Shown here piece after piece: positions 1-25,900 of a stretch of 64,000 bases of DNA. The notes beneath the pieces are model-generated. The model was not told the DNA's origin, made no database searches, and saw only the letters and a list, made by a program, of their open reading frames with translations. Positions within the stretch are counted from its first letter, which is position 1. Every line of letters begins with the position of its first letter. The stretch lies in the NCBI RefSeq assembly GCF_009914755.1, contig NC_060926.1, one strand, 5' to 3'. The position numbers and the translations under genes are program-made. The stretch is from the human T2T-CHM13v2.0 reference genome, Homo sapiens.

Positions 1-37
1 CAACAAAAGCAAAGCTCCGTCTCAAAAAAAAAAAAAA

Positions 38-530
38 AGAAAGAAAATTGGGAAAATAGAGTTTTATCTCACTCCTTATACAAGAATCAACTCAAAATAA
101 AGACTTAATTTTAAGACCTGAAACAATAAAACTAAATGCCAATACACCTAATAACAAAATTTCAAAATACGTGGTGCCAAAACTGATAGAATTCCAAGGA
201 GAGATAGACAATCCACCATTGTAGTCAGAGATTTTAATGCCCCACTCTTAATAATTGATAGAACACAGAGACAGAAAATCAGTAAGGTATTTGGGAGATT
301 TTCACACACTATCAACCAACCTGACCTAAAAGATGTTTATAGAGCACTTCACACAATGAGAGCTGAATGCAGTTTTTTAGTGTACACAGGACACTTACTA
401 AGATAAAAAACATATTCTGGACTATTAAACAAGTATACAAAAAGCAGGACTGATGAGCAAATTCAGTGGAGTTGCAGGATACAATACCAACTTGCAAAAA
501 TCAATAGCACTTCTCTACACTAACAACAAA
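38..530 (+). mobile_element. Old L1 (L1M) ORF2 fragments
   Basis: Degenerate L1 ORF2-like A-rich sequence (e.g. ggagagatagacaatccaccattgtagtcagagattttaatgccccactct; caaaaatcaatagcacttctctacac). Confidence 0.75.
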
Positions 531-647
531 TGCCTGTAATCCCAGCACTTTGGGAGGCCAAGGCGGGTGGATCATGAGGTCAGGAGATTAAGACCATCCT
601 GGCTAACACGGTGAAACCCAGTCTCTACTAAAAATACAAAAAAAAAG

Positions 648-2393
<1,746 letters not shown>

Positions 2394-3196
2394 TCATGTT
2401 CATGGATTGGAAGAATTCATATTGTTAAAATGTTCATGCTACCCAAAATAATCCACAGATTTAATGCAACCTCTATCAAAATTCCAATGTCTCCCTTCAC
2501 AGAATAGAAAAATTAGTCCTAAAATGTGCATGGAGCCACAAGAAACTCTGAAGAGCCAAAGCAATCTGGACCAAAAAGAACAAAGCTAGAGGCAAAACAC
2601 TACCAGATTTCAAAATCTATTACAAAGCAAAAGTAATTGAAACTGCATGGTACTAACATAAAAACAGGCACATCAACCAATGAAATAGAATGAAGAGCCG
2701 AGAAATAAACTCATACATCAATAGCTAATTGATTTTCAACCAAATTGCCAAAAGCACACAATGGGGAAAGAACAGTCTCTTCAATAAATGGTGTAATTGT
2801 ATATTCAAAACAGAAGAATGAAAATGGACTCTCGTCTCACTCCTTATACAAGAATCATCTCAAAATAAATTAAGGACTTAAATGTGAGACCTAAAGCTAC
2901 AAAACTACTAGAAGAAAGCATAGGGGGAAAGCTCCATGACATTGGTTTGGACAGAAATTTCTGCATAATTCCAAAAGCATAGTAAACAAAAGCAAAAATA
3001 GACAAATAGGATTACAGTAAACTAAAAAACTTTTGCACAGCAAGGAAAACAATTCATAGAGTGAAGACACAGCCGACAGACTGGGAGAAGATATTTGCAA
3101 ATCATACAGCAGATAAAGGGTTAATATCCAAAATATACAAGGAACTCAAAGTAGTCAACAAGCAAATGAATAATTCTATTAAAAAATGGGCAAAGG

Positions 3197-5354
<2,158 letters not shown>

Positions 5355-6426
5355 CTAGCCATCAGAGAAATACAAAGGAAAACCACAATGAGATATCACC
5401 TCACACTGTTAGAATGGCTATTACCAAAAAAATGAAAGATAACATGTGTTGGCAAGGATATGGAGAAAATGTACAGATTGTACATTGTTGGTGGCATTAT
5501 AAATTAGTATAGACGTTTTGAAAAACAGTATGGAGGTCCCTCAAAAGCCTAAAAATAAAATTGCTATGTGATCCAGCAATCCCACTACTGGGTACACACC
5601 CAAAGAAACTGAACTCAGTATGCCGAAGAGATGTCTGCACTCCATGTTCATTGCAGCACTAGTAAGAATAGCCTAGCTATGGAAACAACCTCAGTGTCCG
5701 TCAACGAATGAATGGATTTTTTTAATGTGGTAAATATTCACAATGGAATGCTATTCAGCCTAAAAAAAAAAAAAACAAAACCAGAATTCTGTCATTTGGG
5801 ACAACATGCATGAACCTGGAGATTATGTTAAGTGAAATAAGCCAGGCACAGAAAGCCAAATGCCATATAATCTCACTTTTATGTGGAATATAAAAATGTC
5901 AAACACACAGAAATAGAGAGTAGAATGGTGGTTACCAGCGGCTGGTGGTCTGGGGGTCAGTGGACAGGGAAAGAGAAGATATTAGTCAACAGGTACAAAG
6001 TTACAGTCAGATAGGAGAAATGCATTCTGGTGTTCTATTGCACAGTATAGTGACTATAGTTAATAATAATGTATTTCCAAATAGCTAAAAGAGAGACTTT
6101 TAAATATCCTCACCACAGAGAAATGATAAATATTTGAGGTGAAGTACATGCTAATTGGCCTGATTTGATGGTCCCACATCATACACATAATGGGAAACAT
6201 CACATTGTACCCCCAAAATATATACAACTATTGTTTGTTTAAAATTATACTTTTAATTGAAATAAAATAAAAGTTTTCAAGTGATTTATGTTCTCTCTCC
6301 ATAATAAATCAGTATATAAAAATCAAATTCATTTGTATCTACAAGCGACAAACAACTGTAAATTCATATTTTAAAATATCATTTATAATAGCATCAAAAA
6401 TCATGAAACACTTAGGGATAAACCTA

Positions 6427-6621
6427 CAAGGGTCAGCAAATTACTTGCTTATCTGCCAGATCTAGCCTGCAGCAACTATGAAATAAGTGAGTTTGCATAT
6501 TTAAAGGATTGGGGAAAAGGTGTTTAATAAAATAAATTTTTAAAAAAATGCTGAGACTATATATGTCCCACAAAGCCTATTTATTTTCTGGCTGTTTGTA
6601 GAAAAGTTTTATCAACCTCTG
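6427..6621. mobile_element. MER58-like hAT MITE
   Basis: Termini caagggtcagcaaatt ... agttttatcaacctctg resemble MER58 inverted ends. Confidence 0.5.
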
Positions 6622-7412
6622 TATTAAACAAATATGTTCCAGATATTAAACCAAAAGAATGACTCATAAATTTAAAAATTGATAATTTGGACCTCATCGA
6701 AATAAAGTCTGCTCATTGAAAGACTGTTAAAAGTATGAAAGGACATACCACAGATTAGAAGAAAATATTTGTAAATCATATATCTGATATAAGATTTGTC
6801 TCTGGCATATATAGGGAACTCTCAAAACTCAGTAATAAGAAGTCACAACCCAATTAGCAAAATATTAATTAAACGAATAAATATTTACTCAATTTTTTAA
6901 AGAAACAAAACTCAACGAGGACTAGAATCAATGTCATGGAGAGCATCTGTGCAAACACTAAGGTAAGCATCATGCAATGACCACAGCCACAGAGCTTTCT
7001 CATTTCACGTGGGGAGCAGGAGCTATCAGCATTCTAATGGGAGTCTTAACAAATAGGTCAGATAACAATGGGAAATCAGGTGTGTACAAGCTGTCTAAAT
7101 AAAGATAAACTGTCCTTGTATGAAGACTCCACAAACCATCAGAATTAATAAGAGAATGTAGCAAGACTTTTGATACAGTCTACAAAAATCAATAGCATTC
7201 CTATACACTACCAATAATCCATTAAAAATGTAAAAATAAAAAGATCCTGTTTACAAAAAGAAATTTTAAATAAGAAACTAGGAATAAATCTAACAAAGTA
7301 TAAGCTCTTCATGGAGAAAATTACAAAATCTATTTGATGGGTGATAGAACAACTAAATGGAGATGTATGCCTGGTTCATGAACTGTATACCTCAATATTG
7401 TAAAGATGTCTG

Positions 7413-7738
<326 letters not shown>

Positions 7739-8386
7739 TCAGTACAATTCCCATCGAAATCCTACTCAGGTGATTCTGAATTTAAGATAATATATTCGTC
7801 ATAAGATAAGCAAATGAAAAGGGGGAGGGGACAAATTAGAAAGCCCAGAAACATCTTTTGAAACTTGTTAAAGACAGAGAAAACATTTCAAATAAATGAG
7901 GAAAAATATTTTCAATAGGTGATACTGTGACAATTGTTTAACTTTATTCCTCCAATAAATAGAATAATCTACCTAATTTACACTCAACAAAGATTGAAAG
8001 TGGAGTTAATGTGAATAACAAACCCTTAAAATTGTATTTTAAAATACACAGAATACCTTTACAACCTTAGAGTAAGAAAAGATATCTTAAACAAGAGCTA
8101 AATCATATACTATTTAAAGGAGAAAATTGTTAATTTTGACCATATTAATATTAAAATCTCTGCACAAAATAAAACCATAAACCAAACAGTAGCAGTAGTC
8201 ACAGAAAGATTTGCAGGCACATCACAAAGGATTCATTTCTATAATATGAAAATTCTTCCAAATCAATTTTTAAAAGACACAAAACAATAAAAATGGATGA
8301 AGAATAGGAACAGACATTTCCAGAAGGGAAAAAACCCAAATGGCCAGTAAATATTTGATAAGATGCTCAGCCTCATGAAACATTCA

Positions 8387-8790
<404 letters not shown>

Positions 8791-9273
8791 GAGAGAGAGA
8801 GAGAGATTCTGTATACTGCTATTTTTGCCACTTGTATATATGTATGTGTCACTGTCTGTTTTTATGAAAAATGTTATTGAAGGATAACATACATATTCAA
8901 CAGAGTGCACAAATCATCAGTGTACAAGATGACTTTTCACAAAGTGAACACCTCATAGAGCAGAACAAGATATTAGCATCCCCCCAGAAACCCTCCCTAG
9001 CACACAAGGAGAACAATTAACCCTGACTTCTAACACCACAGATTTGTTTGGCCGGCTCTTAACTTTATATCAATGGGATTGTACAATGCATAATCTCTTT
9101 TGCCTGCTTTTTTTCAACGTTTTGTGAGATTAGTGTTGCATAAATCACATGCTCAAGATTCAGTCTCACTTCCAAATAGAATTTTGTCACATATGCAAAC
9201 TACAATGTATTTATTCATTTTACTATTGATGGATATGGGTTGTGTTCAATTTTTGAATGTTGCTTTGACATTC

Positions 9274-13810
<4,537 letters not shown>

Positions 13811-13811
13811 T

Positions 13812-14176
13812 TGTATTAGTTTGTTTTCACATTGCTAATAAAGACATATCCAAGACTGGATAATTTATAAAGAAAAAGAGGTTTAATGGGCTCACAGTTC
13901 CACATGCCTGGGGAGGCCTCACAATCATGGTGGAAGGCAAAGGAGGAGCAAAGGCACACCTTATATGGTGGCAGGCAAGAGAGCGTGTGCAGGGGAACTG
14001 CCCTTTATAAAACCATCAGATCTCGTGAGACTTATTCACCATCAGGGAAATAGCAAGGGAAAAACCCATCCCTATAATTCAATTACCTCCTACCGGGTCC
14101 CTCCCACAACAGGTGGGGATTATGGGAGCTACAATTCAAGATGACGTTTGGGTGGGGGCACAGCCAAACCATATGA
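13812..14176 (-). mobile_element. THE1 (THE1C-like) MaLR solo LTR
   Basis: tgtattagtttgttttcac...cagccaaaccatatga; 5-bp TSD cttgt at 13807-13811 and 14177-14181. Confidence 0.92.
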
Positions 14177-14479
14177 CTTGTGATTTTTCTTTCTGTTACT
14201 ATCCAGTATTTGTATGATGTTTATTCTAATCTCATGGTACTAATTAAGCATATTCTCACTTCTTCTATTTTCTAGAAGACTTTGTGTAATATCTGTCTTA
14301 TTTCTTCTGAATAACAAATGTTCTGAAGAATTCACCAGAAAAGCCTCTTTGTGAGAAAGATTTTAAGAAAAATTTCACTGTTCATATTTTTGTGTCATTT
14401 TCAATGTCTTTCAGAAATTTATTTCATCTAAATTATAAAATTTACTGGCATAAAATTATTCATAATATTTATGAAAATT

Positions 14480-14769
14480 TTTTTTTGAGACAAGGTTTTG
14501 CTCTGTCACCCAGGATAGAATGCAGTGATGCAATCTCAGCTCACTGCAAACTCAACCTCCCAAGCTTAAGTGATCTTCCTACCTCAGCCTACCAAGTACC
14601 TGGGACTATAGGCACATGCCCCCACACCTGGCTAATTTTTGTATTTTTGATAGAGATGACGGGGTTGCACCATGTTGCCCAGGCTGGTCTCAAACTCCTG
14701 AGCCCAAGCAATCTGCCCACCTCAGCCTCCCAAAGTGCTGGGATCAGAGCATGAGCCACCATGCCCAGC
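14480..14769 (-). mobile_element. Alu (J-type)
   Basis: Antisense diverged Alu. Confidence 0.88.
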
Positions 14770-16019
14770 TGTTTATGATCTTTTTGATGGCATTAAAACC
14801 TGTAGTTATGTTCCATTCCCAATACTAGCTATGATTCATATATGACTCCATTCCTGATATTGGCCAAACAAGTCACATGGCCATGCTTAGCTTCAAGGAG
14901 GCTAAGAAGTACAATTGCCCCATATGCCCAGAAGTAGGGAGAGTCAGCCTTCAGGGAACATAAATAATGTTTCTCATACTTTATTTCCAAGAGCACAAAG
15001 GTTATTAGAAGAAGACAGGACTCAAACTCGTGGCCATGCATGAAGCAGGGCACTGCCTCCCAGGGGAGTAAGCAGCTCCTCCAGTTGGACCTGACAACTG
15101 CCTTTCCATCCTGCTGAGGAACGCACACCCTGAGCGGGGCACCTGCAGTCCCATGGGCCCTGCCCCAGCCCTGGGCAGGCACAGACTGCTGGACCTAAGC
15201 ACACAATGACTTTTAGAATAGACAGCTCTTGGAATAGGTTACAGCCTTCTTTATTGTGTTTGAAAAGTAACAATTTTCCCTGGCAAAGTTTTGCATTGAG
15301 CAAGTAGGTGTTAAACTTATTATAAGAAAATTACCCTTGGTAATGATCTGAACTTTTAAAAATCCATTTCCCATTTCTGAAATGAGAGCTCAATTTCTCC
15401 CCACATTTTATTTGTTTCATGGCACAGATTGGAAATAGTATCAATTTTCTGCCAGCATATTAAAACATGTTTTTATTAACTAGTAATTGCAGTGAGACTT
15501 GGAAATCAGGAACAAAATGCTTCTGGAGAATTGAAAATATATATTTCTGATTTCCTTAATAAAAATTATAACTCTACAGTTACTGTAGTTTCTTATGTTT
15601 GCCAATCCTGATATAGCAGCTCACAATGGGAATTTTCTCTATTTTTCTACCACATATGAATATTGAGAAGCTCAAGGTCGTACGTAGGTAACTCTGAAGA
15701 CCACACATTAGCCTTACTATATTGTGCAGTCACTTTGGCAGAGTTTCATAAATAAAGCAGATAGCATAAGATGGTGCTGGCTTATGGAAACCTAATCAGA
15801 ACATCTCAGTCTGGGAAACACAGTGGAGACGTGGAAAGTCAGATGCACCATATCCGAACACCAGCCTCACCCATATGTGCTGTGGAATCTCAATCTTGGT
15901 GGGCACTAGTTGCCATATCTGGATAGTGAGAAGACTGAAGACCAGCTTGCAAATTGCCATCAGGATTAATTGTGAAAAATATAAGTTGAATGCTTAGCAG
16001 CATTCCTGGAATGTGGGTG

Positions 16020-17050
<1,031 letters not shown>

Positions 17051-19303
17051 TTTAAGTGTCTCTAGTGACAATAAAGACACTTATGAAAGATAAGCATGTA
17101 AGGAACTTTCATAAAGTTGTTCCATGAAATATGAATGAAAATAAAGTGATATTTACAAATTAATGATTCTATATATTATTTCAAATATGTATATGTAACT
17201 AAATGAGTTAATTAAACATTATGAGTAGATATTGACTATCTCTTTCTCACCTTCAAAGTTTTTATATATAAGTTGGCCAAAACTACGTTTTTCTTTCTCT
17301 TTTTGATTCACTGAGAAAATGGAAGGTTCGCCATTATTCCGTTACCATATATTCAGCATGTATAAACCACATGTTACAGTGACATCTTCTGGTGGAGTAT
17401 AATATTGCAGTCTAGTTCTATTACATCTTCAAATAAACTGTACTAAGGTGGTTCCACAGAAGCATGCAGGAAAGGAGCAAGAAGCAAGCATGGGGGCTCC
17501 AAGCTTCACCCTTACTTCAAGCAAAACAGTTCAGTTTTTAACGTGGCTTATGCAGGCCTGGAAGCTGCGACAGTAAGACTTGAGTAACTTATGGTCAAGT
17601 ACAGGTGGATGAGTAAACCTACCAAGAGTGGGCAAAGGTGTTGAAAAGTGCATTTTTTATAAAAAGAGTCATATCATTACCTGCTCTTTCTGAAAAAAAA
17701 GTGTTGATCCTTCAAAAGCATTTGATAAATTAATGCTATGAATGAATGCTTAAACGGTGCATGAGTGAAGATCAGCTTCAGGGACTTCAGGAGCACCATT
17801 TACTTAGCACTAACCAAGATGCAAACTACAAATAAGTGAGGAGGACTTCACAAACTCTTTTTACACATCCTCAAAAGACTATTGGGCATCTTGATTGTGC
17901 CACACAAGATCTAGCAACAATATTAATTTGAATACATGTCTGGCAAGAAAGGAATAATGTTTTCATCAAGAGGCAACCAGGGATGATGTCACAGAAAATG
18001 ATGGTATACATTGCTTAAAGAATTGATCCCTCCGTTGAAACAATCATAAGCTGTCAAAGACTGAAATAATCAACGTTTTTAAACACTGAGCTCTAATCTC
18101 AAATGTACAGCCACAAAGGGGTGGCTTAATAAAGAAAAGGGAAGCTAGCTTTGGTAAGAAAGCCTAGTGGCATTTTTGCTCATCCACCTTCCTTCCATTC
18201 CCTAGCACAGCAGCATCAGCCATGATGACAGAAGGCTGCATTCCCTGTGTGGCTTTCTGGTGCCAGGGGTTAATACAGAGTTTATTCTTAAAGTTTTATG
18301 GTACTGTGTATTCATCTGTCTGATGGTTCCCTGGAAGACTAAATTGACCTTTTTCTTGACCTTTTCTTTCCACCTGGTGTAGGGAACTGTGCTCAGGCAA
18401 CTGGAAGACCAAAAGCCAAAAAGAAGGAGCCCAAAAAGGAAGGTTGTTGGAAGAATAAGAGCTCAGAAGGGCTACTGTGTATGCTGGCAAAGATAGAAGA
18501 TAACACACAGGCCCAGAACAGGACACATATGAGAAAACATCTAAAAGGACCCCAGGCTTGTACCTCTGACAGATCTGTGGGCTCCAGGCAAGCAAGAGGC
18601 AAAAGCTAAGGCATAGTTGCAGGAAGCCTGGCTTAGCACTGAAGGAACTCCTGTCCCAGCTCAGAGCCAAGCTGCAAAAGTCAAAACACGAGTATCTTCT
18701 CTCTTTCTTGTTTTCTCGTTTCATTCATGTATTTATTTATTTCTCCCTTTCTTTTTTTCTTTCACTCCAGATACTTAAGGAAATCTCTGGAATGTCACTG
18801 TTGACCACTGAGATAATGAAACAGAGACTTCAGTGACCACAAATGACAAAGAATCCAGTCTTTGCAAAATTAGTTTGGAGAAATCACTAAAGAAATAGAG
18901 GACAACATTCATCAAGAAGAAAAAATAATAACAAACTCTAGGGAATGGAGATAATCTGATTTCCAGGGTAACCACATTGTAATATTCAAAATGCCCAATT
19001 TTCAGCAACAACAACAAAAATCACAAGATATACAAAGGAATAGGAAAGTGTGGCCCAATCCTAGAAAAAAATTATATAAACCATCCATGAGGAAACCTTA
19101 GTATTGGACTTACTGGACAAAATTTTTATATCAATCATCCTAAAATGTTTAAAGAACTAAAGAAAACCATGAACAACAAACTAAATAAAACCAGGAAAAC
19201 AGTGCACATACAAAATGAGAAAATCAATAAACAGATATAAATTATAAAATAAACCAAACAGAAATTCTGGAACTGAAAAGTTAAATCACCGAAATGAAAA
19301 ATT

Positions 19304-19866
<563 letters not shown>

Positions 19867-20956
19867 TTAAACTCCAAGTAGGATAAATTCAAAGAGATCC
19901 ACACTTAGACACATTACAATCAAACAGTTCAAAGACAAAGATAAAGAGAAACTCTTGTAGTGGCAAGACAGAAGCAACTCATTATGTACAATAGATTCTC
20001 AATAAGATTAACTGTAATTTTCCCATCACAAACCATGGAGAACAGAAAGCAGTGAGACAATATTTTTAAACCACCAAAGAAAAGAAAAAAAAACTGTAAA
20101 CCAAGATTAAATAACCAGAAAAACTAATCTTGAAAAATGAAGAAGTTAAAACATTCCCAACCATCAAAAGCTGAGTGAATTTGTTACTAGCATATCTACC
20201 CTACAGGAAATTCTAAAGGGAGTCCTTTACACTGAAATGGAAGGACACTAAACAGTAACACGAAGCGACATAAAGAAATAGAGAGGTTTCTAAACATCAA
20301 AGCCAGTATTACATTTTTTTAATTTGTAACTCCTTCTTTATTCCCTAAATAGTGTAAAAGATAAATGCATACCAAATTGAAATCCATGTAAATGGGCCCA
20401 CAATGTATAAAGATGTAATTTGCAACACCAACAATTTAAGGTGGGGATGGAGCTGTATAGGAGCAGAGTTTTCATATGTTAGTAAGACTGAGTTGGTATC
20501 AGTTGAAACTAGATGGTTATAAATTTAGGATGTTCATTGTAATCCTCATTGTAATCATTAAGAAAATATGTTTTTAAAATACACAAAAGGAAATGAGACA
20601 GCAAAATGGTTCACTACCAAAAAAAAATTTAAAAAGAAGTTAGTAATAGAGGAAATGAGGAACAAAAAGTATAAGACATAGAGAAAACAGACAGAAAAAT
20701 GGCAGAAATAAATCCCATTTTATCAGTTACTACTTTAAATGTAAGCAGTTTAAACTCTCCAATCAAATGGTGAATAGTAACAGAAAGGATTCTTTTAAAC
20801 ATAGTCTAACTGTATATTGTCTAAGATATTTTAGATTCAAATATTTAAAAAGTGAAAGTATAGAAAAGATACTCCATGCAAATAGTAACCAAAAGAGAGC
20901 TGGGGTAGCTATGTAAAGATCAGACAATACACACTTCAAGTCAAAAGCTATTACAA

Positions 20957-21570
<614 letters not shown>

Positions 21571-22601
21571 AAAAGCTGTTGCAAGAGACAAAAAGAACAC
21601 TATGTAGTAATTAAAAGACCATCAGAAGATACAATTACAAACATATACACACTAAGCAACACAGTCCCAAATATGTGAAGCATACATTGACAAAATTAAA
21701 GGGAAAAGTAGTTCTATAGCTGGAGACTTCAATACCTCATTCTCAACAATGAATCGAACATATAGTCAAAAGATCAATAAGAAAATAGAGGGTTTGCACA
21801 ACATCACACACCAACTAGACCTAAGAGACATATATAGAAAACTCCACCCCAAAAAGAGCAGAATACACATTTTTCTCAAGTGTGCATGGGACATTCTTTG
21901 GGGTAGACCATATATTAGACCACAAAACAAGTCTCAATAAATTTTAAAAATTAAAATTATGTAAAGTATCTTCTCTAACCACAATGGAATAAAGCTAGAA
22001 ATCAACATCAGAAGGAAACTGAAAAATTTGCAAATATGTAAACATTACATTTAAATAACCAATGGGTCAAAGAAGAAATCACAAAAAAATTAGAAAATAT
22101 CTTCCTACAAAGGAAAATAAAAACCCAACATATCTAAATTTATGAGATATAGCAAAAGCAGTAATCAGGGCAAAATTTATAGCTGTCAATGCCTACATTT
22201 AAAACAAGAGAAAAAATCTCACATTAATAACCTAACTTTACAACTTAAAAAAACTAGAAAAACAAGAGCAAACTAAATTTAAACCTAGCAGGAAGAAGGA
22301 AATAATGAAGATTAGAGTGGAGATTTATGAAATACAAAATAGAAAAATAACAGGAAGAATCACAAAACCAAAACATTGTTCTTTGAAAAGATCAACAAAA
22401 TGACAAAGTTTTAGCTAGACTGACAAAGAAAAAAAGAGAAAGATGCAAAAACCTGAATCAGAAATGAAAGTGGAAACATTACTACAAACCTGACAGAAAT
22501 TTAAAGGATTATAAGAAAATACTGTAAACAATTATACACCAACAAATTAGATAACCTAGGTGAAATGAAAAAAATTCCCAGAAACACACAAATTACCAAA
22601 A

Positions 22602-22987
22602 CTATCTTAGCCTGCCAGGGCTGACATAACAAAGTACCACAGACTAGGTGGCATAAACAACAGAAACTTATTTTCTCACAGTTCTGTAGGCCAGAAGCCC
22701 AAGGTCAACGTGTCAGCAGGTTTAGCTTCTTCGGAGGCCCCTCTCCTTGGCTTCCAGACAGCTGACATTTCACTGTGTGCCCACATGGCCTTTTCCTTGT
22801 GTGCACACATCCCTGGTGTCTGTTCCTCTTCTTATTAAGGACACCAGTCATATTGGATTAGGGCACCACATTTTTGGCATTATTTAGTCTTAATTAGCTC
22901 TTTAAAGGCCCCATTTCCAAATACAGTTACATTGGGGTTCAGGGTCAATATATTAATTGGGAAAAGGACACAGTTTTGTCCATAGCA
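22602..22987 (-). mobile_element. MLT1 (MLT1A/B-like) MaLR LTR inserted in L1 ORF2
   Basis: ataacaaagtaccacagactaggtggcataaacaacagaaacttattttctcacagttctg...ggacacagttttgtccatagca. Confidence 0.85.
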
Positions 22988-25900
22988 CTGATTTAAGGAG
23001 AAATAGAAAATCTAAACAGATATATAACAAGAGATTAAATTAGTATCAAAAGTCTCCCAACAGAGAAAGGCCCAGGACCAGATGGATTCCCTGGTAAATT
23101 ATAACAAATGTTTAAATAAAAATTAATGCAATTCTTGTCAAAATCTTCCAAAAAATACAAGAAGAGGGGAGACTTCCTAATGTATTCTATGAGGTCAGAA
23201 TTAACTTATACCAAAGCCAAAGACACAAAAAGAAAAGAAATTACAGATCAATATTTCTAATGAATAGAGATGCAGAATCCTCAACAAAATACTATATATC
23301 CAAATGCAACAACATATGAAAAGGATTGTACATGATGGCCAAGTGGGATTTATCCCGGGAATGCAAAGGTGGTTCAATATATGAAAATTAATCAGCGTAA
23401 TATGCATTTCTAGAACAAAAGGAAACACAATTATCTCAATGCAGAAATGAGCATTTGATGAAATCTAATACCTTTTATGATTAAGAAATAGTCAGAAAAC
23501 AAGAATAGAAGTAAACTTTCTCAATCTGGTGAAGAATTTTTATGAAAAACTCACAGCTAACAGCATATCCAAGAGACATATTCTGCAGGCATATTCAAAA
23601 AGCTAAAAGATTTCCCCCTTAGATCAGGACCTTCAGATCAAGGATGCCTACTTTCACTATTTATTTAACATTGTACTTGAGATGCCAGCCAGAGCAATTA
23701 GGCAAGGAAATTTAAAATATCCAAATTGGAGAGGAAAAGGTAAAACTATCTCTATTCAAAGAATACATGATCCTACATAGTAAATCCCAAACAGTCTACA
23801 CAGAAAGTACTAGAGCTAATCAACAAAGTTGCAGGGTAAAAGATCAACATGCAAAAATCAGTTATGTATCTATATGTCAGCAATAAATAATCTGTAAGGG
23901 AAATTAAGAAGTCAATTCTATTTACAATGACATCAAAAATAATAAAATACCCAGGAATAAATTTAACAAAGGATATGAAAGACTTGTGTACTAAAAACTA
24001 TAAAACACTGCTGAAAGAAATTTAAAAGACCTAAATAAATGGAAAACTATCTCATCTTTCTGGATTGGAGGACTTAACAATGTTTAGATGACAATACTAC
24101 TCAAAGTGATCTACAAATTCTATGCAATCCCTGTCAAAGTTAATGGTCTGTTTTTCAGAAATGGAGAAGCCAATTCTCAAATTTGCATGGAATTTTAAGA
24201 GGCCATGAAAAGCTAAAACAATCTTGAAAAAGAAGAAGAAACTTGGAGTACTCCGCTTGCCATTTTCAAAACTTACTGCAACGCTACAGTAATCAAAACA
24301 GTGTAGTGCTAGTATAAGAATAAACATACAGACCAATAGAATAGAACTGAGAGTCCAGAAATAAACCCACTGTCTATGGACAATTGCTTTTCTACAAGGG
24401 CATCAAGAACATTCAAAAGAGAAAGGACAGTCTTTCAACAAATGGTGCTGAGAAAACTGGATATCCACATGCCACATGCAAAAGAATGAAATTGGACCCC
24501 CTACCTCATACCATATACAAATATTCACTCAGAATAGATCCATGAACCTAAATACAGTAAAAGAGCTAAAACCACTTTTTCAAATCTTAGGATAAAACAT
24601 AGGGATAAATATTCATGACCTTGAAACATGTTGGAACTAGATAGAGGTAGTGTTGCATAACATTTTAAATGTACAAAATGCCATTGAATTGCTCAGTGTA
24701 AAATGGTTAAATTTATGTTATATGGACCTCCCCTCAATAAAAAAGAAATTAAAGAAATGAACAGGACTGAGAGTCAGATTAAAAGTTCCAATTTCTTTTT
24801 TGCAATGTTTGATCTTGTGGCGGAATGCCCTTAACCTCTGTCTCACTGAAAAATTAGAGATGAGAGTTCCTGCTCTGTATATGTTACAGGATTCTTAAAA
24901 AGGTCAAAAGAAGTGTTGTACTGAAACAGTCCTTTGATACTGCTAGGTGCTCTGCCAACACAAGCTGCCATGGCGATTCCTGCCCAGTCCTGTCAGTGCC
25001 GTGCCAGGCGCCTGGGCTGGTGTGTGCATTTGTAGTTTCATTCTCACAGTGTGGGTGTGGTTACAGAGGGGGAAACTGGGAATTGGAGAGGTGGAAGGAC
25101 CTGCCTCGTGGCACAGGACTGGAGCTCAGATTTCTAATTCCAGACACACAAAGCTCTTTCCACCACAACCTACTGGCCCCTGCAGCAGACTCTCCCAGCT
25201 CTTTGCCTTCAGAGTTGCCTGTTTTAGTGGGAATCCTGTGCAAATGGCAGTAATTATTGAAACTTTTCTAAATAACTCTTCTGTCAGCCTCACTCAATCA
25301 CTTGGTTTCTATCCCTAATTCAGATGCCACTCCCGGTCAAGACCACACTCTCAACAGCCACCAAAGGGCTTGGAAAGAACAAGAAATACCCGCAGCAGCT
25401 GCTCCATTATGAGAGATGGTAGTTTGTGCTGAAGAAAAGCCTCCACATGAGCTGGAAAGCTGGCATGCACAGACCACGATGCCCCCAGTCTCCCACCCCC
25501 CCACCACCCCTCCACAGCGGGCTGCATACACTGGAAGAGCGGGTGCATAGGAAGAGGAAATTAATAGGCAGTGTGGAAAGGCAGGGGGGTCCCGGGTGGC
25601 CACTGTGCCTCTCTATGAACTAAGAGAGTAATAGTAGCAGCAGGTATTTGCTGTGAGCCTTCCTGTTGCAGGCATGGTCCTTAGGAGAGATTCACTATTC
25701 TCATAACAACCATACCAGGTGGGACTGTTTCCCCATATTCAGAAACAATGACTGAGACTCTGGTGATGTCCCCCATTCTTGCAACTGACAGGGTCTGGGG
25801 TAGGTGCTGGCAGGGAGCTGGGCAGTGAGGGCAACAGGCACATTCCTGCCTCAAGCAGCTGACAGTCTTGTGGGGTTAGGGGCTGGGGAGACCCTGACCT

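Noticed and set aside
17700-17900. Weak RT-like words on the plus strand (DPSKAFDKL; LALTK...LHILKRLL)
   Set aside because: Too short, in inconsistent frames and without colinear supporting motifs; an HMM search would be needed.
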